A DNA stretch of 54,460 nucleotides from an uncultured Bacillales bacterium (lineage in GTDB: Bacteria > Bacillota_I > Bacilli_A > RFN20 > CAG-826), in NCBI GenBank assembly GCA_946625285.1, contig CAMOSZ010000055.1, positions 1 to 54,460 of the forward strand. Direction: 5' to 3'. A model generated the notes under the pieces. It was not told the origin of the DNA. It saw only the letters and a program-made list of their open reading frames with translations, and made no database searches. Shown piece by piece: positions 11,153 to 19,839 of the stretch (position 1 is the first letter of the stretch; the number at the start of each line of letters is the position of its first letter). A program made the translations under genes and the position numbers.

Positions 11153-12541
11153 TTAATTTTGGAACCTTTTTTGTTCTTTTAGGAGCAGTTTAGTGGACTC
11201 TCTTACTTCGTGAAGAGTGATTGTCTCATATTTATTTATAAAAGCTTCTCCTAAAGAGTTGCCTTTTTTCACATCTTTGATATCTGCGATATAAACATCT
11301 CCGCTTTCTAAATTAGAAAGGATAAGAACGATTTCCGCTGCTAAAAGAATAACTTCTTTACTAGGATCATTATCAAAAATAACTACATGAGCCCCGTGAT
11401 AATTTGAAGCGTGAAGATATATATCAGTTTTTTCTGCTTTTTTAAATGTTAAGAAATTGTTTTGCTCTTTGTTTTTACCAAAGCCAATTCTTACTCCTTT
11501 ATAAATAAGATAATAAGGGAGACGAGCGTCTACTTCTTTGTTTCTTTTTTGATTTACCTTTTTTGGAAGATATTTTTTGTATAGCTCTTCAATCTCGCTA
11601 TCGGAATAGTAGGCAAATATTGATAAGATATGCTCAATCTCTTCAGCACTCTTTTTAGCGATATCAATTTCTCTGGTGTCGTTTTCAATAGTTCTCTTAC
11701 TCTTTTTATATTTATCAAAATACTTATTCGCATTATCTAAAGTAGAGAGATTATTGTCATATGTTTCTTTTATATATGGGAGGTAATCTTTAAGATTCTC
11801 TTCGTCATCTTTGAGGGTTAAAAGAGCCTCACCAATTTCTTTATATTCAAGCTTCTTTTTGCTCTCTTCAATTTCTTTTTCTAAGACGACTATTTTCTTT
11901 AATAATGACTTGTGTCTTTGCTTTAAGAAATTAAATAATGGTAAAGCCTTCTCTTTTTTGGATTTTTCATCAATATCTAACAGATAGTGGTGAACACTTT
12001 CTTTGAATTTATCCATATCAAAAGCTGTCTCCACTAAACCTTGATTAGCTTCTAAAGGAATGTATTTCATCCCCTTGATTATTGGCCGAGCGGCAGTTAA
12101 ATCAGAGAAGTGTTTTGCGAATAAAATCTCCTCTTTATCATTTAGAATAATGAGGTTATTTATTGTTGGGATTAATTCAATGATTAAGTAATAAATATCC
12201 TTTTGATAAAATTCATTAGTTTTTGTTAAGGAGAATTTGATTACTCGATCTCCGTTAACTTGCTCAATCTTAGTGATGTAACTACCTTTAATATATTTAC
12301 GTAAATTCTCGTTTAGATTTCCTAAAGTGGTGCTACTGGAGTAAGAAGAATCTATAAAGGATAAAAAAGGCGAATTATGATTTAAAGAAACTAAAAGTTT
12401 CTCTTTGTTATAAAATGAGAACGTTAAAACAATGTCACTAGAGTTAGCAATAGAGACATTGGAAATAAAGTTTTCAATTACCTTATTATTTAATTCTTGA
12501 GTTAATTCCTTAACTCCTCTTAGATTTAGCTTTGGAATCAT
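11153..12541 (-). CDS. rqcH: Ribosome quality control protein RqcH (NFACT / FbpA family), compact form
   Basis: NFACT-N with a GDR motif (VNGDRVIKF), a long coiled coil, and NFACT-R/DUF814 (DIYLHASNYHGAHVVI). At 462 aa it is about 100 aa shorter than the Bacillus protein. Confidence 0.8.
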   Translation of the reverse strand: MIPKLNLRGVKELTQELNNKVIENFISNVSIANSSDIVLTFSFYNKEKLLVSLNHNSPFLSFIDSSYSSSTTLGNLNENLRKYIKGSYITKIEQVNGDRVIKFSLTKTNEFYQKDIYYLIIELIPTINNLIILNDKEEILFAKHFSDLTAARPIIKGMKYIPLEANQGLVETAFDMDKFKESVHHYLLDIDEKSKKEKALPLFNFLKQRHKSLLKKIVVLEKEIEESKKKLEYKEIGEALLTLKDDEENLKDYLPYIKETYDNNLSTLDNANKYFDKYKKSKRTIENDTREIDIAKKSAEEIEHILSIFAYYSDSEIEELYKKYLPKKVNQKRNKEVDARLPYYLIYKGVRIGFGKNKEQNNFLTFKKAEKTDIYLHASNYHGAHVVIFDNDPSKEVILLAAEIVLILSNLESGDVYIADIKDVKKGNSLGEAFINKYETITLHEVRESTKLLLKEQKRFQN

Positions 12542-12567
12542 ACAATTATTATTTCATTATTTTTCTT

Positions 12568-12596
12568 TTGATAAAAGAACTTATTGCTAGTATAAT
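12568..12596 (+). promoter_or_regulatory. Consensus sigma-A promoter for gmk
   Basis: TTGATA (12568-12573), 17-nt spacer, TATAAT (12591-12596). Only 9 nt separate the -10 element from the gmk ATG. Confidence 0.6.
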
Positions 12597-12605
12597 AACG
12601 CTAAT

Positions 12606-13184
12606 ATGAAAAAAGGCTTACTCGTAATCTTATCTGGTCCATCTGGTGTAGGAAAAGGCACTGTTCGTAAATATATTATGAGCAATTTCAAGTTAGACCT
12701 CTCCTATTCTATTTCGATGACCACTCGTGCAAAAAGAGATAAAGAAGTAGATGGAGTGGACTATTATTTCGTTTCCAAAGAAGAATTCCAAAGAAACATT
12801 GATGAAGATAACTTCTTAGAGTGGGAAGAATTCGTTGGAAATAGATATGGAACTCCTAAAGATAAAGTTGAAGAGTTAAGAAACCAAGGTAAGCACATTC
12901 TATTAGAAATTGAAATTAACGGTGCTCAAGAAGTACTTAGAAAAATAAACGACGATCGAGTCATCTCATTCTTCCTCATGCCACCTTCCTTAGATGCCCT
13001 TGAAGCAAGAATTAGAAGACGAAAGACAGAAAGTGAAGATATAATTCAAGAGAGACTACAAAAAGGCGTTAAAGAAATGGGGATGACCGAACAATACGAT
13101 CACATCATTATAAATGATGATATTGCAAGGGCCTCCCAAGAAATTGTAGACCTCATTAAATTAAAGATTAAAAAAGGACGATAA
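12606..13184 (+). CDS. gmk: Guanylate kinase
   Basis: P-loop SGPSGVGKGT, plus TTRAKRDKEVDGVDYYFV. Confidence 0.95.
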   Translation: MKKGLLVILSGPSGVGKGTVRKYIMSNFKLDLSYSISMTTRAKRDKEVDGVDYYFVSKEEFQRNIDEDNFLEWEEFVGNRYGTPKDKVEELRNQGKHILLEIEINGAQEVLRKINDDRVISFFLMPPSLDALEARIRRRKTESEDIIQERLQKGVKEMGMTEQYDHIIINDDIARASQEIVDLIKLKIKKGR

Positions 13185-13191
13185 AAAATAA

Positions 13192-15387
13192 ATGAAGATT
13201 ATTGAGTTATTAATCGAACATCATAATTATTCATTAAATCGTCCTTTTTCTTATATCTATACCGGAGATAAACCAGTTGATAGGGGATTCCGTGTTTTAG
13301 TGACTTTTAATAACCAAGAACTAGTGGGATATGTTTTAAATGTTAAAAACACCACAAAAAGCAAAAAGGAATTAGAAGAAGAACTTGGATTTGATATTTC
13401 CGAGATAATAGACGTAATAGATTCTTCTCCATTATTGAGCGAAGATCTTATGGAACTCGCTGATAAAGTAAGTGAATACTATTTAGCGACCAAGATATCA
13501 ACTTTACAAGCTATGCTTCCTCCTTCTTTAAGTCCAAGAAAGAGCTCTTTAAAAGCACCAAAAATTGCATATGATCAATATGCTGAAATCGCTAAATACG
13601 ATGAAGAGGACTTAACCTTTAAACAGATTGAACTTCTTAGATTAATCAAAGAAGAAGGTAGCGTTCTTAAAAAGGAAATTAAGCAAGTTTCTATCCTTAC
13701 CAAGCTTATAGAAAAAGGATTAGTGAAAATTCGTAAAGTCGAGAAAAGAAGATTTGAAATTCCAGCTTACGAAGAACCTAAAAAATTATCTCTAACTGAA
13801 GATCAACAAAGGGTAATAAACGAGTTTAAAAATTCTGATGATGAAGTTTATCTATTAGAGGGAGTTACTGGGAGCGGTAAAAGTGAAGTTTACCTTTCTT
13901 TAAGCGAAGAATATCTCTCAAAGGGGAAGTCGGTTTTAGTGTTAGTTCCTGAGATATCTCTAACTCCAATGATGATGAGAAATTACATCTCAAGATTCCA
14001 TGATAAAGTCGCTATTTTACATAGTGAATTAACTCCAGCAGAGAAATATGATGAATATCGTAAAATTGCTTCTGGAGAATGTAAAATTGTCGTTGGTGCA
14101 CGCAGTGCAATCTTCGCACCTTTAAGCAACATCGGATTAATCATATTAGATGAAGAACATGTTGAAAGTTATAAGCAAGACACTCCTCCTTTTTATCACG
14201 CTAGAGAAGTAGCAATAATGAGAGGAAAGATGCATAACGCTAAAGTTCTTTTAGGCAGTGCAACCCCATCTTTAGAAAGTAGAGCCAGAGCCCAAAAGAA
14301 CGTTTATCATCTCCTTCGACTTGATAAAAGAATTAATAATCAACCTTTACCAAAAACAACTATCGTCAATTTATCAGATTATCACAACATTGATAAAGAA
14401 AGTTATATCTTCTCTTTCAAGTTAAGAGAATCAATTAAACGTGCTTTAGCTAATCATGATCAAATCATCCTTCTTATTAATAGAAGAGGATTTTCTAGTA
14501 GTGTTACTTGTCGTAATTGTGGCTATATTTTTAGATGTCCAACTTGCGGAATACCATTAACCTATCATAGAAGTGATATGATGCTTAAATGTCATCATTG
14601 CAACTATGTTGAACCTGCTATGGATAACTGTCCTGAATGTGGTTCTAAATATTTGATGAGAAGTGGTTTTGGCACTGAAAGAATCGAAGATGAAGTCCAT
14701 CGTTTATTCCCAGAAGCAAGAACTTTAAGACTTGATAGTGATTCAGCAAAAATAAGAACAAAGATTCCTTCAATTGTTGAAGCTTTTAGAAGAAAAGAAG
14801 CAGATGTCTTAATTGGCACTCAAATGATTGCTAAAGGACATGATTTCCCTGATGTCACTTTAGTTGGCATCGTTTTAGCGGATATTGGTTTATCTTTGCC
14901 AAGTTATCGAAGTGCTGAAAGAGTATTCCAATTAATCACTCAAGCAGTTGGAAGAAGTGGTAGAAGTGATAAAAAAGGAGAGGCGATAATTCAAACCTAT
15001 TCTCCGAGTCACTATGCAATTACTATGGCAGCTAGACAAGACTATGAACTCTTTTACAAAAGAGAAATGGAATCTAGAAGAGCGCAAAGTTTCCCTCCAT
15101 ATACATATTTGGCAAGTATTACCGTGAGTGGAAGAGTGGAAGATACAGTTATTGATAATGTTTATCGATTAATCGATAAATTAAATGAAGAGTTACAAGA
15201 TGATGCGATTGTATTAGGACCGACTACTCCGTTTGTCCCGTATGAGAACAACAATCATATTAGACTAATTCTTATCAAATATCGAAAGCCCGAAAATGTT
15301 AGAAGAGTATTAGAAAAGCTGGTCAGTGCAAATTCACAAAAAGGAACGATTTCTTTATCGATTAACATTGACCCTTACAATTTTTAA
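13192..15387 (+). CDS. priA: Primosomal replication restart helicase PriA
   Basis: Walker A GVTGSGKSEVY, DEEH box, and the Cys-rich zinc insertion CRNCG...CPTCG...CHHC...CPECG. Confidence 0.95.
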   Translation: MKIIELLIEHHNYSLNRPFSYIYTGDKPVDRGFRVLVTFNNQELVGYVLNVKNTTKSKKELEEELGFDISEIIDVIDSSPLLSEDLMELADKVSEYYLATKISTLQAMLPPSLSPRKSSLKAPKIAYDQYAEIAKYDEEDLTFKQIELLRLIKEEGSVLKKEIKQVSILTKLIEKGLVKIRKVEKRRFEIPAYEEPKKLSLTEDQQRVINEFKNSDDEVYLLEGVTGSGKSEVYLSLSEEYLSKGKSVLVLVPEISLTPMMMRNYISRFHDKVAILHSELTPAEKYDEYRKIASGECKIVVGARSAIFAPLSNIGLIILDEEHVESYKQDTPPFYHAREVAIMRGKMHNAKVLLGSATPSLESRARAQKNVYHLLRLDKRINNQPLPKTTIVNLSDYHNIDKESYIFSFKLRESIKRALANHDQIILLINRRGFSSSVTCRNCGYIFRCPTCGIPLTYHRSDMMLKCHHCNYVEPAMDNCPECGSKYLMRSGFGTERIEDEVHRLFPEARTLRLDSDSAKIRTKIPSIVEAFRRKEADVLIGTQMIAKGHDFPDVTLVGIVLADIGLSLPSYRSAERVFQLITQAVGRSGRSDKKGEAIIQTYSPSHYAITMAARQDYELFYKREMESRRAQSFPPYTYLASITVSGRVEDTVIDNVYRLIDKLNEELQDDAIVLGPTTPFVPYENNNHIRLILIKYRKPENVRRVLEKLVSANSQKGTISLSINIDPYNF

Positions 15388-15420
15388 AAAATTGTGCATA
15401 ATTATATTGAGGATTAAAAA

Positions 15421-15867
15421 ATGGTTACTATTAATATTTACGGATTAGATCAATTTGTTGTCGGCGAATTAAGCGGCCGCATCACTAAAGACCTTGCTAA
15501 GATTTATGAAATGGATCCAGATGAGATTCATTTTATCTCTTCTAACAACATGGTGTTCCATGAAGGAAACGAACAAACATCCTGGAGAGTATTTGTTGAA
15601 GTCAACGCTCCAATGAAAGTTGAAGTGTTAGAAGAATATGTTGTAAAACTTCTTGAACACTATATTTGCGAAGTTGCAATTCACGTTGAAATTATTTTCA
15701 AATATTTCTCAGTTGACCATTATCACAAGCACATCAATGAGGATTACCCACTTTTCTTAGAAGATAAAAATCTTGTAAATTTTGATGAAAACTATTCTGA
15801 AGATATGGAAGAAGGAGAAGGCGAAGACGAGATTTTCACCGGCGATATCTTTGAAGGAATTAAATAA
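15421..15867 (+). CDS. Hypothetical protein with acidic C-terminal tail. The N-terminal half possibly resembles DUF1904/tautomerase-like proteins (weak recollection).
   Basis: 148-aa ORF with SD GAGGA. It occupies the slot where Bacillus has def-fmt. Confidence 0.55.
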   Translation: MVTINIYGLDQFVVGELSGRITKDLAKIYEMDPDEIHFISSNNMVFHEGNEQTSWRVFVEVNAPMKVEVLEEYVVKLLEHYICEVAIHVEIIFKYFSVDHYHKHINEDYPLFLEDKNLVNFDENYSEDMEEGEGEDEIFTGDIFEGIK

Positions 15868-15929
15868 AAGCCTACAAGAACTAGCACATTTTTCTTCTCA
15901 CACGCACGAATAGAGGGTAAAATTATTCT

Positions 15930-17189
15930 ATGAACGAATTTGAACTCGGTAAGCAAATACTTACCAAAATGGTATTTGATGAAGTCCCTTTTGCTTTAGT
16001 TTTACGACAAACTTTTAAGAAATCGGACATCGATCCAGCAGTGAAATCTAATATTACTGCTCTTTTAGGATGTGAATTACGTCATCATCTTATCTTTGAT
16101 AACCTTATCAACAGATTTATTGGTGAAGAAGTCGAATTCGAAAAAACAATTTACCTTAGATTCTATTTATCAAATCATCTCTTCTTGAGAAGATTTAAAG
16201 ATAGCGAACTTTTAGTGTTAGCAAAAGCAGACCTTCCAATAAAAGAAGTTGATGATTTACTTACCTTTGTTGATTCCACAAACGAAATTATCCCTGAAGA
16301 ATTAGATAAATCTTCTCCAGAATTTTTATCGTTACGTTATAACACACCTGCTTGGGTTATTAGAATGTGGCAAAAACAATTCGGAAAAGGAGTGGTCTTT
16401 AAAGTTCTTAAAGTAAATTATCGCCCATCCGTTTCTTCAGTTCGTGTCAACGAAAAGCTTTTGGATATTAATGAATTTGTTTCTAAACACCCTGATTTTT
16501 CGCTTTCACCAATCGAAAATATGGTGGTCTATCAAGGCAGAGGAAACGCTAAAAATTTAGATGAATACAAAGAATACAAAATTTTCTTTATGAAAATGGC
16601 AACCAAACACGTTCTTGATCGTTTAGGACTTGATCCAATTAAAAGAATTGCCATTTATACAGAAACACCAAATAACATTTATATGGAAATTGCCGCTCAA
16701 CTCGGCAAAGATTATCCACTTGATTTAGTTATCAACCATGCTCCAACTTTATTTGAAGCACGTAAAGTGGCTAAAGAAATGGGATTGTCTCATACCTATA
16801 TTTACGATGCAAATTATCAGAATTTAGTTACTTGTATTTCTAAAAAGGCAAATATATTTATTTGCTTACCAAAGAGTTCCATTTTAGATTTGCTTAGAAG
16901 TACACCTGATTATTTCTTAAGAATCAAGCAAGATCAATTAGATCAAATCATCATTGAAGAACTCAACTGTTTAGAAGAATGTTCTAAATATGTCGAGGTT
17001 GATGGCGAATTAGTATATATGATTCCAACTTTATCAAGAAAAGAGTCTAACAGTTTAATCGCAAACTTCTTAGTTAAACACCCAGAATATTCACTTATTG
17101 AAGAACATCAATTTTTCCCATTTGAAAGCTATGATTCTTGTATGTATTACGCAAGGCTAAAGAAAAATGGGGAAAAACAAGATGATTAA
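15930..17189 (+). CDS. RsmB/Sun-like protein (NusB-like N-domain plus degenerate m5C methyltransferase domain)
   Basis: Same position as rsmB in the Bacillus priA..rlmN cluster. The C-terminal region is collinear with RsmB, but the SAM and catalytic Cys motifs are replaced (see findings). Confidence 0.7.
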   Translation: MNEFELGKQILTKMVFDEVPFALVLRQTFKKSDIDPAVKSNITALLGCELRHHLIFDNLINRFIGEEVEFEKTIYLRFYLSNHLFLRRFKDSELLVLAKADLPIKEVDDLLTFVDSTNEIIPEELDKSSPEFLSLRYNTPAWVIRMWQKQFGKGVVFKVLKVNYRPSVSSVRVNEKLLDINEFVSKHPDFSLSPIENMVVYQGRGNAKNLDEYKEYKIFFMKMATKHVLDRLGLDPIKRIAIYTETPNNIYMEIAAQLGKDYPLDLVINHAPTLFEARKVAKEMGLSHTYIYDANYQNLVTCISKKANIFICLPKSSILDLLRSTPDYFLRIKQDQLDQIIIEELNCLEECSKYVEVDGELVYMIPTLSRKESNSLIANFLVKHPEYSLIEEHQFFPFESYDSCMYYARLKKNGEKQDD

Positions 17190-18219
17190 TTTATACGGAT
17201 TAGAGCTTAAAAAGCTCCAAGATCTTTTAAAAACATACGATCAAAAGCCTTACAGGGCTATTCAACTATATACTTGGATATATGAAAAACACGTCACTTC
17301 TTTCGATGAAATGAGTGATGTTTCTATTAAATTTAGGGAAGTCTTAAATAGAGACTTCTGTCTTTCTTTACCTAAAATTCACACTAAACAAGTGAGTAGT
17401 GATGGAACAATCAAACTCTTATTAGAACTCGAAGATGGCTACAAAGTTGAAACAGTTCTAATGAGATATAACTATGGAAACGCAGTATGTGTTTCTTCTC
17501 AAGTTGGTTGTAATATGGGTTGTTCTTTCTGCTCAAGTGGTATTTTAGGCAAACAAAGAAACTTAGAACCACATGAAATGGTGGGACAAATTCTTACAAT
17601 CAACAATCTTCTCAAAGAAGAAGGAAGAGGAGAGCACGTTACTCATATCGTTGTAATGGGTACTGGAGAGCCATTTGATAATTACGATAATGTCATGGAC
17701 TTTATTAGAATTGTTAACGCTCAAAAAGGACTCGCTATTGGTGCTAGACATATTACCGTATCCACCAGTGGAATCCCAGATAAGATTATTCAATACGGTA
17801 AAGAAGGACTACAAACCAATTTAGCTATTTCTTTACACGCTCCTAATAACGAACTTCGTAATCGTCTTATGAAGATTAATAAAGCCTATCCTTTAGAAGT
17901 TCTTTTCCCTGCGATTAAAGAGTACGAACAAGAAGCAGGAAGAAGAGTAACTTATGAATACCTTCTTTTAGAAGGGATTAACGACACTAAAGAGTGCGCA
18001 ATGGAATTAATTGATTTAATTAAAGGTACAAATGGTTACGTTAATCTCATCCCATATAACGAAACAAATAAATTTGATTATAAACGTAGCAGTGGCAACC
18101 GCGTCCATACTTTCTTAGATATATTAATGAAGAATGGTGTTAAGGCGACGATTAGAAAAGAATTCGGTAGCGACATTGATGCGGCATGCGGACAATTAAA
18201 AGCAAAAGTAGGGGATTAA
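17182..18219 (+). CDS. rlmN: 23S rRNA/tRNA adenine-C2 methyltransferase RlmN (radical SAM)
   Basis: CNMGCSFC radical-SAM cluster motif. I prefer the start at ATG 17182 (MINLYGL...), with 17167 as an alternative. Confidence 0.9.
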   Translation: MINLYGLELKKLQDLLKTYDQKPYRAIQLYTWIYEKHVTSFDEMSDVSIKFREVLNRDFCLSLPKIHTKQVSSDGTIKLLLELEDGYKVETVLMRYNYGNAVCVSSQVGCNMGCSFCSSGILGKQRNLEPHEMVGQILTINNLLKEEGRGEHVTHIVVMGTGEPFDNYDNVMDFIRIVNAQKGLAIGARHITVSTSGIPDKIIQYGKEGLQTNLAISLHAPNNELRNRLMKINKAYPLEVLFPAIKEYEQEAGRRVTYEYLLLEGINDTKECAMELIDLIKGTNGYVNLIPYNETNKFDYKRSSGNRVHTFLDILMKNGVKATIRKEFGSDIDAACGQLKAKVGD

Positions 18220-18220
18220 G

Positions 18221-18970
18221 ATGAGTTATTTATCCGGTAAATTCTTTTGTTTAACTGACCAAGGTAAAGTAAGACCAACTAATGATGATAGTGCAATCAC
18301 ATCCGTGAACGCTTTTGGTAATGTTCTTTTAGCAGTTGCCGATGGCATGGGTGGCGCGAAAAAAGGTGGCTATGCCTCTTCTAAACTTCTAGAACATATT
18401 CTTAATGAATTCCGTGATTTAGAAAAAGAATTAGTGACAGGAAAACAAATTGCTAATTGGTTATTTAAAGTTATTGCTGCCGCTAACGAAAAGCTCTATT
18501 TAAAAAGTGAAAAAAATGAAGAATATAAAGGAATGGGAACAACCCTTTCTTTGTGTATGCTTGTTAAAGATATTTTAGTTACCGCTCAAGTAGGAGATAG
18601 TAGAATTTATCTCTTAAGAGAAAACAAACTAACAAAAATCAGCGTTGATCAAACTTATGTTCAATATTTAATTGATAATGGAACGATTTCTGAAAAAGAA
18701 GCTCTATCTCATAAAGAACGTCATGTTTTAACTAACGCAATCGGAGTAAAAAAAGTTTGCCAAGTTGATATTAAAGAACATGTCTATAACAATGAAAAAA
18801 TTCTTCTTTGTAGCGATGGGTTATATAACAACGTTTCACCAACAATTTTAGAATCTATATTAAGAGGCAATGATAGTTTAGAAAGAAAATGCTCTCAACT
18901 AATTGCTTTTGGCAACGCGAGTGGTGGCACAGATAATATGGCGGTTGTCATTTGGGAGAGCGATAACTAA
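18221..18970 (+). CDS. prpC: PP2C-family Ser/Thr protein phosphatase
   Basis: Motifs ADGMGG, GTTLS, GDSR and CSDGL..GGTDN. Confidence 0.9.
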   Translation: MSYLSGKFFCLTDQGKVRPTNDDSAITSVNAFGNVLLAVADGMGGAKKGGYASSKLLEHILNEFRDLEKELVTGKQIANWLFKVIAAANEKLYLKSEKNEEYKGMGTTLSLCMLVKDILVTAQVGDSRIYLLRENKLTKISVDQTYVQYLIDNGTISEKEALSHKERHVLTNAIGVKKVCQVDIKEHVYNNEKILLCSDGLYNNVSPTILESILRGNDSLERKCSQLIAFGNASGGTDNMAVVIWESDN

Positions 18971-18972
18971 TT

Positions 18973-19839
18973 ATGACCCCAGAGTTTAATAAACTCCTTC
19001 TTTCCCGTTATATTATTTCCCGTCATATTGCTAGTGGCGGTATGGCGGATGTATATGAAGCTCAAGACATTGTTAAAAACAAAACAGTTGCCTTGAAGTT
19101 TTTGAAAGATAAATCATTAAATAATGATTTTGAAATAGAACAATTTAAAGATGAAGCAAGATTCCTTGCCGCTTTTAATCATCCTCACATCATGAAAATT
19201 TATAATGTCGGGGAATATAACGGAGTCCCTTTCCAAAGTTTTGAACTTATTAAAGGAAAGACATTAAAGGAAGTCTTGGATAATCGCGGAAAACTATCTT
19301 TTGATGAAGCGGTCGATTATTTATTACAAATCGTTGATGCGGTTAGTAATATGCATGAAAAAGAGATTCTCCATAATGATCTCAAGCCAGATAATTTGTT
19401 TTTGCTGAGTGACGGAAATATCAAAATTTGTGATTTTGGAATAGTGACTCATGCGAATTCAAAAGAACAAAAAGAATTACACGGAACAGTGAAATATCTT
19501 GCTCCAGAAGTTGTTCAATATCATAAGCAATCATATCAATCGGACATCTATTCTTTAGGAATTGTTTTCTTTGAATTTTTAACTGGCAAGGTTCCTTTTG
19601 ATATCGATGTTCCTAAAACACTAATTGAAACTTATTATTCGAGCGATTTCCCTTCATTAAAGAAATATATTTCTTTACCTAATATTGATGATTTAGATTA
19701 CGTCATCTCAAAAGCGTGTAATAGAAATCTCACTTTACGATATAAATCGGCAAAAGAATTCGCGAATGATTTAAACGCGATTAAGCGACATGAAAAAATA
19801 AAGAAAGGTAGCTTTTTATCCAGGCTATTATCTAGATAA
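18973..19839 (+). CDS. prkC: Hanks-type Ser/Thr protein kinase, kinase domain only (no TM or PASTA domains)
   Basis: GGMADVYEA glycine loop, VALK, HNDLKPDN, DFG and APE motifs. The protein ends after 288 aa. Confidence 0.9.
   Translation: MTPEFNKLLLSRYIISRHIASGGMADVYEAQDIVKNKTVALKFLKDKSLNNDFEIEQFKDEARFLAAFNHPHIMKIYNVGEYNGVPFQSFELIKGKTLKEVLDNRGKLSFDEAVDYLLQIVDAVSNMHEKEILHNDLKPDNLFLLSDGNIKICDFGIVTHANSKEQKELHGTVKYLAPEVVQYHKQSYQSDIYSLGIVFFEFLTGKVPFDIDVPKTLIETYYSSDFPSLKKYISLPNIDDLDYVISKACNRNLTLRYKSAKEFANDLNAIKRHEKIKKGSFLSRLLSR

Noticed and set aside
15868-15929. Spacer between the 148-aa gene and the rsmB-like gene, checked for a terminator or regulatory hairpin.
   Set aside because: No convincing stem-loop or T-run, so it is probably a simple intercistronic spacer with an SD (AGAGGG).
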